NCBI GenBank assembly: GCA_038087875.1
Contig: CM075988.1
Coordinates: forward strand, 1,426,001-1,490,000
Direction: 5' to 3'
DNA length: 64,000 nt
Source: Malacoraja senta
Lineage: Eukaryota
The position numbers and the translations under genes were made by a program. The notes under the pieces are model-generated. The model was not told the origin of the DNA and ran no database searches. It worked only from the letters and a program-made list of their open reading frames with translations. The first letter of the stretch is position 1, and every line of letters starts with the position of its first letter. Below, one piece after another: positions 50,440 to 63,269 of this stretch.

Positions 50440-53400
50440 AAGATGTAACAAGTTGAATGGATAAGGGAGAGCCAGTGGATGTGATGTATCTGGACTTTCA
50501 ACAAGCCTTTGACAAGGTCCCACACAAGAGATTAGTGTGAAAATTTAGAGCACATGGTATTGGGGGTAGGGTATTGACATGGATAGAAAACTGGTTGGCA
50601 GACAGGAAGCAAAGAGTAGGAATGAACAGGACCTTTCAGAATGGCAGGCAGTGACTAGTGGGGTACCGCAAGGCTCGGTGCTGGGATCTCAGTTGTTTAC
50701 AATATATATTAATGATTTAGACGAGGGAATCAAATGTAACATCTCTAAGTTTGCGGATGACACAAAGCTGGGTGGCAGTGTGAGCTGCGAGGAGGATGCT
50801 ATGAAGCAGCAGGGTGACTTGAATAGGTTGGGTGAGTGGGCGGATACATGGCAGATGCAGTATAATGTGGATAAGTGTGAGGTTATCCACTGGTGGCAAG
50901 AACAGGAAGGCAGATTATTATTTGAATGGTGTCCAATGAGGAGAAGGGGAGGTGCAACGAGACCTGGGTGTGCTTGGACATCAGGCACTGAAAGTAAGTG
51001 TGCAGGTACAGCAGGCAGTGAAGAAAGCCAATGGCATGTTGGCCTTCATTGCTACACGATTTGAGTTTAGGAGCAAGGATGTCTTATTGCAATTGTACAG
51101 GGCTCTGGTGAGACTGCACCTGGAGTATTGTGTGCAATTTTTTTTTTTAATATTTATTTTATTAGAAGCAAGTGTACAAGGAGAGAGTAATTGACATAAC
51201 AATGATACAATTTTCATACAGCTTCAGTTTTAACATTTTATAAACTAATAAATGAATCTGAAAAAAGAAAGGAAAGAAGGGAAAGTAAGAAGAAAGATAT
51301 GAAAAAGAAAGAAGAAAAACCCCTGAACTAACGAAGAAGTGGAAAAAAAACCCGGAGATGTATTCCACTACCCTTCCCTACACCCGCTCACCCGACCCTA
51401 GCGTCGGTTTTGAATTTGTGTTCAACCATTCTGTTGTTGAAGAAATTCAATGAAAGGAGAACATGTTTTGGAAAATTGATCTGAATTGTCAGACAAAACA
51501 AGCCTTATTTTTTCTAAATGTAGTGTCTCGGTCATTTCTGTGATCCACATCTTCACTGTAGGAAGTGTTATCTTTTCCCAGAATTTAAGTATGTTTTTTC
51601 GCAGTTATTAAACTGTAGTCAAGGAAACGTCTTTGGAATATCGTTAACTTATGGTAGCCCTCTGACATTCCTAATATTATTAATTTTGAATCTGACTCCA
51701 ATTGAATTTTGAGTGTTTTAGAAATGGCATTGAATATTCCCATCCAGAAATTTTGTATTTTTATACAGGATACAAAATAATGGGTTATGGTGGCTTCTTG
51801 GAGGTGACATTTATCACAGAGAGGGGAGACAGTTGGGAAGATCTTGTTCAGTTTGGTCTTTGAGTAGTATAGCCTATGTAATACTTTAAATTGTATCAGG
51901 CAATGCCTTACATTTAAAGAACAGTAATGTATGTATAGTAGGCTTTCATCCCATATATCTTTTGAAATGGGTGAACCCAGCTCGTCCTCCCATGCTCGCC
52001 TATAAATCTCAGAAGGTGGCGTATCAATATTTAGAAGAATGTTATAAATGTAAGATATCAACTTACTTATATCGGCATGTCTATTCAAACAATTGTCTAA
52101 TATATCTGGACCCATGAGGACAGTCTTGTGTATATGTTTTCACATAATCTCGGATTTGAAGGTATCTAAAAAAATTGTTGCCGTTCAAGTGATATTTCTC
52201 CTGTAGTTCTTGAAAAGAAGAGAGAGTCCCCTTCTTATAGAGGTCTCCCACAGTATTAATTCCCAGGTTCTTCCATTGAGAAAACACCATATCTAAAGTA
52301 GACGGTTTAAACGTGGGATTGTTTGCAATAGAAGGAGAGACATGTTTCCCAATTTAAGACTGAATTTCAACTGTTTCCAGATACGGGTACTGTGTATTAT
52401 CGGATTTTGCTCATACGTTGACTTATTCAAATGTATTGGCGATAGGAGGATCGAGCCTATACTAAAAGGCAAACAATCTTCCCTCTCCATTTTTAACCAA
52501 TTTACATGTTGACATGTATCGTCAAACCAGAAGGTTATATTTTTAGTATTAGTTGCCCAGTAGTAAAAAAAGAAAATTAGGAAGAGCTAATCCTCCATTT
52601 TCTTTGGATTTCCACAAATGTCTATTGTGTTATTCTATGGGTTTTGTAGTCCCAAATAAAGTCCCAAATAAAGTCCCAATAGAATCAATTGGGGAAATAT
52701 ATCGGTATTGATTGAAATAAATATAAAAGTTGCGGAAGGAAGATCATCTTTATGGAATTTAATCTACCTCTAAGGGAGATAGGAAGTGTTTTCCAAAATT
52801 GAATGTAGGCATATAGTTTAGTGATTAATGGTGAAAAGTTTATTTTAAACAGAGAGGAATACTTTCAAGTCACGTAAATTCCAAGATATCTAAACTTGTC
52901 AGTAACAATTCTGAAAGGAAATTTTTGGAGTTGAGAAGGGTCTTGTTCTTTTATTGGCATAATTTCACTTTTATTCCAATTTATTCTATATTGTGTGCAA
53001 TTTTAGTCTCCTAATTTGAGGAAGGACATTATTGCTATTGAGGGAGTGCAGCGTTGGTTCACTAAGTTAATTCCCGGGATGGCGGGACTGACGTATGATG
53101 AAAGAATGGGTCGATTGGGCTTGTATTCGCTGGAATTTAGAAGGATGAGAGGGAATCTTTTGAAACATATACAATTCTTAGAGGATTGGACAGGGAAAAT
53201 GTTCCCGATATTGGAGGATTCCAGGACCAGGGGTCACAGTTTAAGAATAAGGGGTAGGCCATTTAGGACTGAGATGAGGAAATTTCTTTTCACCCAGAGA
53301 GTTGTGAATCTGTGGAATTATCTGCCACAGAATGCAGTGGAGGCCAATTCACTGGATGTTTTCAAGAGAGAGTTAGATTTAGCTCTTAGGGTTATGGGGG

Positions 53401-53527
53401 GAAAGCCAGAACGGGGTACTGATTTTAGATGATCAGCCATGATCATATTGAATGGCGGTGCTGGCTCAAAGGGCTGAATGGCCTACTCCTGCGCCCATTT
53501 TCTATGTTTCTATGTCTATGCTTCTAT
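50440..53527 (+). mobile_element. CR1 3' portion interrupted by L1
   Basis: YLDFQ.AFDKV, GVPQGSVLG, FADDTK, tttctatg tail. Confidence 0.92.
51142..52988 (-). mobile_element. L1-clade 3' portion with 16-bp TSD
   Basis: YRINWNKSE to C-terminal cysteine motif; TSD tattgtgtgcaatttt at 51126-51141 and 52989-53004. Confidence 0.92.
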
Positions 53528-54933
53528 GTCCAGCACCAGACTCCCAAAACAGATGCACCGTTTCAAGTTTTGTTATTGGAAATGATTACCAGGCAGACAG
53601 AAGAAAAGGTTCAGGATATGCTTTAAGCCTTGTTGATGTGCAGCATTCCCATTGTCTCCTGGGAATGTCTAGCCCATTTTTGCTTAGTGTGGAGAAGGAG
53701 CATTTCAGGTGGTATTGAAAACCTTGTGCTCATCATCAGGAGCGCCCGGAAGCTATTGAGTTTTGTTGAGGTGACTGTCAGTTTCTGTTCAGCCCATGTG
53801 TCACGAGCCATATAGGTCTCATTAGCCACTTCAAAAACCACAATGGATGTGTCATCCTTGATCCCAAGGGGTTGCATCAGAGTCCTGAGCCTCCAGATTT
53901 ATTTTTCCAAAGGTTGTCTTTTCTCCTTTATAAAATCCATCTGCCTAATGGTCCTGTCCCACTTAGGCGACTACAGGAGACTGTGCAGTCGCCACATGTT
54001 CGCGTATGGTTGCCGGGGAGTCGCCTTCATGGTCGTGAGGAGTTCCTGCATTCTGGGAACTAGTCGCGGCCTCATTATGATCGCTGTGAATTTTTCAACA
54101 TGTTGAAAAATTATCGGCGACAATAATGAAGCCGTCATGGAGAGTAGCGAGAATTCCCGTGCCGTAGGTGGGTCGCCAGGAGATCCTAGTGGGTTGCCAG
54201 GAGGTCGTAGGTTCTCGTAGGTTGTGCCCGGTGCTGACCGGTGAATTTCATTTGCACATTGGGGGAAAAAAAGGTAAGCAGTAGTTTTCAGAACCAAGGA
54301 TAACTGACTGGTAATGTTAATGTCTGCAGAGCTTGACAGCCGTGTATCTCTGGCTTCTTAAAAGTTGTCTCCACTCCTTCTCCCCCCTCTCTCCCTCTTC
54401 TCCTCCTCTCCCCCCTCTTTTAAAGGACTTACTAGGAATGTCACAAAATTTTGAGATTTTAAAAATCAAGCCTGTAATTTATCCCATCAGATAAAGCATA
54501 AGAAGAACTTTAATTTAATACCTAATTCACTTTCACATCTTCAGTATTAAAAACATTATGGTCATTTTCATACTTGGAAATTAGCATCTTGTTCCCTATT
54601 GCTTTTCCATTCTTAACACAAAAGCTGTGATCGAGGACAGTCAAAAGCCCATACTTTCTTAAAAATTAAGAGAAATGAATGAAATTATCAGTTATTTTAG
54701 ATTGAAGCATTCTGAAACAAATATGAAACATCTTACTTGGATGACCTGAAATTAAAGCATATAATTAGTTACCTATTTGTAGCTAATTAAAAAATTGACC
54801 GTTGTGACGGAAATAGTTATAAACACCCAGACTGCCTTAAATTCAAAAATGTGATATTCTCAAGATCAGAACTTCAATATTATTGTATTATATGCTGTAG
54901 GTCTGTAACAGACAGGTAAAGAAATTGCAATTT

Positions 54934-55279
54934 CTAGCAAAAGACCAAGTCTTTATGGAGAAGATTAGTTGCTAGCTGGTACATTGGCATATCATAATCA
55001 GTAGCATCATCATACTCCTCAGATTGTAACCAATAAGCAACTCTGCACACCTTGTTCTTCCTCAGCTTTTCAATTTTGGCATTGTAAACTACAAGTTTTT
55101 GCTCTTCAAACCACGCATGGCATTCCTTTCTGACCACTACTTTCCCATTAAGAATGTCCTGCAGATCATCACATTTGGAATAGTCCAAATTCGGATAATC
55201 TCTGCAAATGCTGTATAAATCAATCTCTTTTGCTGGGCATTTGAATTGACAATTTTGCATTTCTTCTTTAGAGACATCT
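54934..55279 (-). pseudogene. Putative last exon of a transposon gene; Tudor/Spindlin-like C-terminal domain
   Basis: Polypyrimidine tract and AG at 55281-55280, then an open frame DVSKEEMQNC...MYQLATNLLHKDLVFC*; absent from the shorter copy. Confidence 0.55.
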
Positions 55280-55977
55280 CTTTAAAATGTAAAGAGAAAA
55301 AAAAAACACTGAACAGCATTAACAGAAACAAGTTATTATTTGCAGTTTTAGAAAAAATGGTAGAAATAATAAAGTTAAACGCCAAAACAAATAGTAAATA
55401 CCCAACAAAAAATTAATATTCATCATTCATCAAATCAATTAAATTCATCTAATCAATTACTAGATCTAAACATCTATCCATTTCTTAAGAAAAGGCTAAC
55501 ATTTTTAAATATCCTAAGTATCCATATAACAAACTCATCCCATTCACACAAGAATTCATATCATAACATGATTTATAAATCTCACTTTGTCATGAATCTA
55601 TATGCCAAATGGAAGGAATTTAATGTTTAATTCCCATAAAATAATCCAGAAACATCCACTCTCAAGATAATCAAAATCGCTATTTTTTGCACAATACATC
55701 TGACTAAAACTGTACTGTGGATATTTAGTATGAAAATATTGATCATGGATAGACAATAACACAAAATATAGACGATTTAGATGTTCTTATGACATGATTG
55801 TGCAAAAAAATAATGAATTTGATTATCTTGAGAGTGGATGTTTCTGGAACGTGATCGATTGGAATGTTGCCGTTGCCATAAGTTTTAAGCCCATATTGGC
55901 AGGCAAGGCATGGCCAATTCTTAACATGCCTAAATAACATTTTTCGCATCATAAGATTAAAATGAAGCCACACCAAA

Positions 55978-56268
55978 TGAAGCGGTCTAGGCATAAGATC
56001 AGGGGCGACCGCGCCTTTGCGGTTGCAGCTCCTAGACTGTGGAACAGCATCCCCTTTCCCATCAGAACTGCCCCCTCCATCGACTCCTTTAAGTAAAGAC
56101 TAAAAACGTATCTATACTCCCAAGCCTTTCTTGACGTCCTCTGAGCGAGGGCTATATGTATATATGTATGTAGTTTGTTTGTTTATACTATTATTACAAA
56201 TGTAAAGCACTTTGGCCAACGAGAGTTGTTTTTTAAATGTGCTATATAAATAAATGTGACTTGACTTG
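55978..56268 (+). mobile_element. L2 LINE 3' end with 8-bp TSD
   Basis: RGDRAFAVAAPRLWNS...FK*RLKTYL; aaatgtgctatataaataaa tail; TSD acaccaaa. Confidence 0.9.
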
Positions 56269-58109
56269 ACACCAAAAAGCAAGATATTATGTTAAATAAA
56301 CGACATACCTTTTGTTTTGTCCTGATATTGCGATCCGTGATGTTGAAGGTGTATTTAGTCGCGTTTAAGTTAAATCCAGCGATGCAATTGTCCAGCAATT
56401 TTTTTCCTTCAAAACCGCGAACAGAAGCCTGGACGATTTTTCTTCATCAGCTAGCAGCCCGAGGAAATCCCTCTCCGATAACCAATACAAACCTGCATTT
56501 TAATCCCATCTCCCCCCCCCACAAAACCCCCGTAATCACACGCACAGGTAGTGGCAGATTTGTAGCGCTGCTGATGGTAGGTTTTGTAACAACACTAGAC
56601 TTACCGTACGCTGCGCTTTTTAGCTTCTTAATTTCAGCGCCAACCGTCTGTATCACATTGGCTTTGCACCGTGTGAATTTCACTCAGACAGCGCTCCCCC
56701 CGCGTGCCCTGTCCCCCGCCTGCATAACAGGCTGGTGAAGGAAGTGATGTGTTTGTGTATGTGTTCCACTCTGACAGTCGCTGTTCCAGTTGCCAGTTTT
56801 TCAGGCGACTGCCGGCAACTTGACAGTCACCGGCAGTCGCCTGAAAAATCACCTACGTGGGACAGGCCCATTAGGTTATGAAACCTGCTCCATTGTTCTG
56901 TGTCTTGATATCAGAGTCCACTGCAGCACCCTGTGGTGTTTCACTAAATCCAAAGGTGCTAAATAACGGACATTTATTGCTGTGATAGTTACGTTGTACT
57001 TGTATCCTGGCCCACATGACACCAGATTTTAATTGTGGACCACTTCTCTGTGAAGTTTAAAAACTCTGTGTTTGATGTTCAGTGTTCTTCGTCAACCATC
57101 TTATTGTATTAATGGAATCGAGCTGGTATACTGTGAGCTTTACAAGGTTTTCATTACATGTGACGATTGCATTGAGTACTCTACCTGCCCTGCTGCATGC
57201 TTGGGCAAGTTGTTTTGATGATTGACACTCATGATAATGTGCTTGACTGCGTTATGCAAAGAACCTGCTGCTCCAAAATTTGATTCAGCAACTGAAAAAG
57301 TTTCAATCAGTGACAGGAAGAATAATCGGTTAGAAGACTGGAAAGCTGCCAGTAAATAGCATTTTTTGTTCCAGTGTACCATGATTCAGCAATTTGAGGA
57401 TATCAAAGGAATGGGGAGGGAACGAGGAAGAGATACAACACTGATATTACTCAGAATACTGTCAGCAGTGCCGTCCGTGCCTTAGTCATCTAATATTGAA
57501 ATCTTAAGGACGATCATCAAGAATAAAGGTGATGTTGATGTAGAGATTATCTATTGTTAAACATTGACCTGTACAAAAGCACTCTGGGCTAGAATTTTCA
57601 ATCAGTATCGCAGTATGGTAAATCACTTCACCTTTTGCCATGTTGATGCACGAACAGGAGTTACAAAGCTTTTTCCATAATAAGTTGTAGAAATCTAGAT
57701 GCTCCTGGCCCAGAGATGTATATTTTCATTTAAGTAGGATACGACAGAAAAATAAGCATGAAATATTTTCTTCTCTGTTTGAGATTGAATGTATTGCACA
57801 TAATGCAAACCTCTGGGAATGTCCATGTGGGTTATGTGATGGTGCACAGCATGTACAGGTATCAGCCTTGTGGAAGTTGGAGACCAAATCATGCAGCCGT
57901 CTTACTTGGAATGAGAGAATCTATTCCTGTGTGTCAGCAGAATGCTTATGTTGAGGTACTGCTAATGATGAAAGACAAATATAATACCTGCACTAACTTT
58001 TACAATGCTGAACGCTTCTCATTGCTGATCAACTTCAATGTCTCTTCATTGAAAGATATATAATATTCAGACATATGTTTATTCATGAAATCAAAGCATT
58101 CAAATATGT

Positions 58110-58385
58110 AATGAACAGCTTCACCATGCTATTGATCCCAATGCACACTTGTGGTCCCCATTTGTGCAAGATGGATGGCCTACTGCTTGTATGCAGTGCT
58201 CCATCTTGGCTGCTGAATGGTTGATGATTTACGATGCAGGAGGAAGCCATTTGGACCAAGTCTGTGCTGATTTGAAAGAGAACTCTCAAGCTAAATCTCC
58301 ATTCATGGGCTGTGCCCATGCAGGCTGCTGTTCTTCAAGATTATGTTCAAATACCTGTTTACACATGATGAGGATTTCTGCCTGT
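58110..58385 (-). mobile_element. Ancient RTE-like 3' remnant
   Basis: Decayed W.GH..RM-like and IG..SH-like C-terminal motifs. Confidence 0.35.
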
Positions 58386-60197
58386 CCCATCCTCTCTGGC
58401 AGTGACTTCCAGATCCTTGCCACTCTCCAAGTGAAGAATACATTTTAATCTGCTCTCGAATCCTTGCATCATTAACTTTAAATCTATGCCCTCTACTTTT
58501 TCACCCATCTGTGAAGGGAAACAACTCCTTCATGTTTACTCTCTCTCTGTTCCACATAGCCCCATTTACTCCTGTCTTTGCTAATAGCTAAAGTTTTCCA
58601 GCCTCTGCAGTACTTTATGAATCTGATCTACTTCCTTTTTGGTGCAATCAAAGCTTTACGACTATGTACAAATCTGAATTGTTCCAAGTACTTCCTGCTC
58701 TTGTATTTTATGCTATAGCTTCTAAACCAGAGCATCCCAGATACCATTTTATCCACCTTATTAAAAGCAGCAAAAGCAATCTAAGGATAAATGCACATTT
58801 AGTCTAAATTACTTCTCCTTCTGAGAAAGGTTCACTAGTCTCTTACCTGAGAAGGAAAACTTCAGTTGTGAGGAGAGACTGATAGGTTTGATGTACTTTG
58901 GGTAACAAGACAGAGAGGGGACATGTTAGAAGGTTTAAGGTGATCAGTATGGGGTTTAGAGAGGGATCCAAGGAGGAATTTTCCTTGGCTCTCAGAACCC
59001 ATTCCTCTGTAAACTATTATTTTACACATGCCCATTATTACCCCCTTAATTTCCCTACCACCTATCTAAACGTAATGAACAACATATCTTTGTAATGTGG
59101 GTGGAAACCAGAGCACTGGGGGGAAACTCGCACAGTCATAGGGAAAATCTGGTCAGATGGGCAAGTGAGAGTTTGTTGGGAGCACAAATACTTTAATCTT
59201 ATGAGAAAGCAGCTGTTTCTTGCTCGACACAGCTACTCCTTGGGTCAGGGCATCGGGTGGCCTTGGAATCTGTTGGAGGCTAAATTGAATCTTAATTCTA
59301 TGTACAGTGGTATCCAGTGAAGATTGTATGAGACTGGCTGTGTGCATAGTAATCATTAGTGGCTTCATGTGATTGAGTGGCCAGTTCCATAATAAGAGCT
59401 GGGGCCCTGATGTCATTAGCACTGTTGATTATGCACAGGTCAGTGTAATTGAAAAATTATTAAGACTTAATGCGTGTGGACTGCCACTGTGTGCAGGCTT
59501 TTGTGTGTAATGGATGGTAATAAATCATGAAGTAACAGCTCCAACATAGAGTGGCCGCCGCTTTGCATTGTGCTATTTTACCACTTTTATTTTAAGGGCA
59601 ATAAGATTTGGTAAGATGAGGTCTGATCTGCTGAGGTACTCCAGCGGTTTGTTTCCTGTAAACTGGCATCTGCAGTTCCATGTTTCAAAAAATTTCAAAT
59701 TCATTGTCTGTCGATATGTTTGCATCTTAGGCCATAAACATCACTTAGAATTTTCCTGGTGGTCAATATTTAACATGATGGTTGGATTTAAAAATATGAC
59801 ACATTCATTTGAACAGCTTGAACATCAATATACGTCGGCCTTAACCTAAATCCTTGAATGGATTTTTTTTTTTTTTTTAAATAGAGAGTTTGCTCTAGGA
59901 ATTGACAGACGTAAATGACAACCCATATTAATGATAAGAACATTCAGATCTTTAGCTTTTGCCCTTCAGTGGTTTGCACATTTGTGAAATGTGGAAAAGT
60001 GCCCCAAAACCTTTCTGACTCATTGAAGTAAACTACATGCTGAAATGCTGCACTTGCCTGTAGATTATTCAACTTTGCTTTACCTTTTTATTAAAAGTTT
60101 TCATATTTGTCTTTTCCTAGGATTGGGTTATATTTGTACCTGATGTCAATATGTGACTACAGTAACTGACTTACTGAAGATTTCCCACTCTTGCTGC

Positions 60198-60287
60198 ATG
60201 AGACTTCTCAGAGGATCAACTATGGAGTCCAAGACTGACAGTCCTGTCTGGGGTACACCGTCAGAGCAGGATCAGACTCCAACCCAG
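60198..60287 (+). CDS. Probable first coding exon of an unidentified host gene (exon 60121-60287); (MRLLRGST)MESKTDSPVWGTPSEQDQTPTQ
   Basis: Acceptor tttgtcttttcctag|60121; donor CAG|gtaagt at 60287 (phase 0); in-frame ATGs at 60198 and 60222 (actATGg); upstream in-frame TGA at 60141; non-repetitive context. Confidence 0.65.
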
Positions 60288-61191
60288 GTAAGTGGAACTA
60301 ATCAGTGAAACGAGGTATAACCGTATCTGGTGATCAATCACCGATCAATAGTGTTGCTTCAGGCTGATTGCTTTTGCTGAATAGAAGGTGCACAGCCTGG
60401 GAAGCACATTACATAGACAACGTGGCAATTGGGGGTATTAATTTAATGCAATGAATATTTGATCTGCTTCAAATATGTGAGGAAAGTGATCAGAAAGGAA
60501 CATTTATGTAGACTTGCCAAGTTTCCTGGTTGTTCTCCAATTAGTTCGTAGCCCTCTTCAGCACAGTGCAAATATTCCTCACAGCCCCTAACTGGTAGCC
60601 CGAGTTATGATCACTGACTGGCTTATCAAATGTAGTAGTAGAGGACTGTAATCTAATTCCCAAACGCCAACCAGAACAGCTGCAAGGTTCTCAATTTAAG
60701 CTCGCTATTGTTTCAACTTCAGAACTTTACAAAAATGATGCTTCCTCACCATTCCCGCATATACTATACACCACATACATTTGAGATAGATTCCTACACG
60801 TATATTTAAGATGTGTTAGGTGTGTGGGGTGTGGGAAATCTGAGATGGCATGCCACAACTCTTTCCAGTTTTGCTATGCTTGGAAGGCACACAGCTCCAT
60901 TCTGCTTTACATTCTGATCAATTGATGAAAAATGATTTAAAGATAAGGCAAAAGCTTTAATAATGAATGATTAGCAATAATGAGGAATGAGGGAACCATG
61001 CTCATTACTACCTTCATAGGAACATCAGGGTGAGCTGGGTTATTCTGCCATCCATTGTACCACCATTCAGTTAGAATTTGGTTGATCTGCACAATTGTCC
61101 ATCTCATTTTAATCCATTAGTATTCTACATCTTACAAAAAAAATTCCAAGCTCGGCTTTGGAATTTTCACTTAATTTGGGAGAAAGAGTTG

Positions 61192-61391
61192 NNNNNNNNN
61201 NNNNNNNNNNNNNNNNNNNNNNNNNNNNNNNNNNNNNNNNNNNNNNNNNNNNNNNNNNNNNNNNNNNNNNNNNNNNNNNNNNNNNNNNNNNNNNNNNNNN
61301 NNNNNNNNNNNNNNNNNNNNNNNNNNNNNNNNNNNNNNNNNNNNNNNNNNNNNNNNNNNNNNNNNNNNNNNNNNNNNNNNNNNNNNNNNNN
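61192..61391. other. Assembly gap (200 N)
   Basis: Run of N; right edge begins inside a PLE 3' repeat (61392-61465). Confidence 1.
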
Positions 61392-61871
61392 ATCTATGGA
61401 GCGAAGGAAATAGGCAACCGTTTCGGGCCGAAACCCTTCTTCCAGCTGATAGGGGGTGGGGAGAGGGGTGACTTCACTCTCTGCGCGTGGAACATAGTAC
61501 AGCAGGCCGCGAGGAGAAAGTTCTTGAAAATGGGTAACACGTGAGCGCCGGTGACCTCGGAAGCTCTCGGAAGCACTTTCGGGATCTGCAGAACAGAGCC
61601 CACTTGCTCGTTCTTTCTGCGTCTTTTGAAGAAGTGGGGGGGGGGGGGAAGGGAGGGGTGGTGACATCATTCCTGGAAAACAGTGGGCAGCAGGCAGTGC
61701 GTTGAAAACTCTGCGCAGCTTGCCGCGAGAAGCAAAGGCATTGTGACGTCATCCAGCTCGCTTCAGCAGTTAGATTTTAAAAAGATGTCAGATTGGTGAA
61801 CAATTTTAGTAACAATCTCGGGAAATAATGAATCCAATTTTCAGATGAGGGGATTTTAGAAATACATAGCC

Positions 61872-63267
61872 CCGCCCATTTCAGCACCCCATAATGTTTG
61901 GGACACAGCAATGTCATGTAAATGAAAGTAGTCATGTTTAGTATTTTGTTGCATATCCTTTGCATGCAATGACTGCTTGAAGTCTGCGATTCATGGACAT
62001 CACCAGTTGCTGGGCGTCTTCTCTGGTGATGCTCTGCCAGGCCTGTATTGCAGCCATCTTTATCTTATGCTTGTTTTGGGGGCTAGCCCCCTTCGGTTTT
62101 CTCTTCAGCATATAAAAGGCATGCTCAGTTAGGTTCAGATCGGGTGATTGACTTGGCCACTCAAGAATTGACCATTGTTTAGCTTTGAAAAACTCCTTTG
62201 TTGCTTTTGCAATATGTTTGGGATCATTGTCTTGCTGTAGAATGAACCACCGTCCAATGAGTTTTGAGGAATTTGTTTGAACCTGAACAGATAGGATGTG
62301 TCTATACACTTCAGAATTCATTATGCTACTACCATCAGCAGTTGTCTCATCAATGAAGATAAGTGAGCCAGTACCTTCGGCAGCCATACATGCCCAGGCC
62401 ATAACACCCACACCACCGTGTTTCACAGATGAGGTGGTATGTTTTGGATCTTGAGCAGTTCCTTCTCTCCTCCATACTTTGTCCTTGCCATCACTCTGAT
62501 ATAATCGTCGTCTCACCTGTCCACAAGACCTTTTTCTAGAACTGTGGTTGCTCTTTTAAGTACTTCTTGGCAAACTGTGACCTGGCCATCCTATTTTGCG
62601 GCTAACCAGTGGTTTGCATCTTGCAGTGTAGTCTCTGTATTTCTGTTCATGCAGTCTTCTGCGGACAATGGTCATTGACAAATCCACACCTGACTCCTGA
62701 AGAGTGTTTCTGATCTGTCGGACAGGTGTTTGGGGATTGTTCTTTATTATAGAGAGAATTCTTCTGTCATCAGCTGTGGGGGTCTTCCTTGGCCTCCCAG
62801 TCCCTTTGCGATTAGTTCCAATTGAATAATGTTCCAAACAGTTGATTTTGGTAAGCCTAAAGTTTGGCTGATGTCTCTAACAGTTTTATTCTTGTTTCTC
62901 ACTCATAATGGCTTCTTTAACTTTCATTGGCACATCTTTGGTCCTCATGTTAATAAACAGCAATAAAAGTTTGCAAAGGTGATGGATAGACTGGAAGAAA
63001 GACTAGGTGCTGAGACCTCTCTTATACCTGCATTAAGGAGGCATTTAAACACACCTGAACGGTTACAAACACCTGTGAAGCCATTTGTCCCAAACATTAT
63101 GGTGCCCTAAAATGGGGGAGGGGGGGGGGGCACATATAAACCTATGTACCTGTAAACCTATGTATAAACACAGCTCTATTATAATATAAACACAAATCTC
63201 AAATTGTGAAGTACAGAGGCAAATAAATAATTGATGGATCTCTGTCCCAAACATTATGGAGGGCACT
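61872..63267 (-). mobile_element. Tc1 element with decayed DD34E-type transposase
   Basis: GRPRKT, IVRRRLHE, VKHGG..VMAWAC, QQDNDPKH, WPSQSPDLN..E; TIR ...ttatggagggcact; same family as 39988-41568. Confidence 0.93.
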
Positions 63268-63269
63268 CC

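Larger units (their letters stand above)
54433..56597 (-). mobile_element. TAG...CTA DNA transposon with 7-bp TSD, carrying a coding remnant
   Basis: TIR taggaatgtcacaaaa / ttttgtaacaacacta; TSD gacttac at 54426-54432 and 56598-56604. Confidence 0.85.
53948..56871. mobile_element. PIF/Harbinger-like MITE (host of the 7-bp-TSD element)
   Basis: TIR atggtcctgtcccac / gtgggacaggcccat with TA/TWA flanks. Confidence 0.75.

Noticed and set aside
53620..53940. Possible L1/Tx1 C-terminal remnant (ETxxHL-like)
   Set aside because: Too decayed to support a call by eye
57000..58100. Possible additional host exons in unique-looking DNA
   Set aside because: No convincing paired splice sites with a recognisable frame; may be ancient repeat
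61078..61670. ORFs spanning X residues
   Set aside because: Artefacts of the 200-N gap
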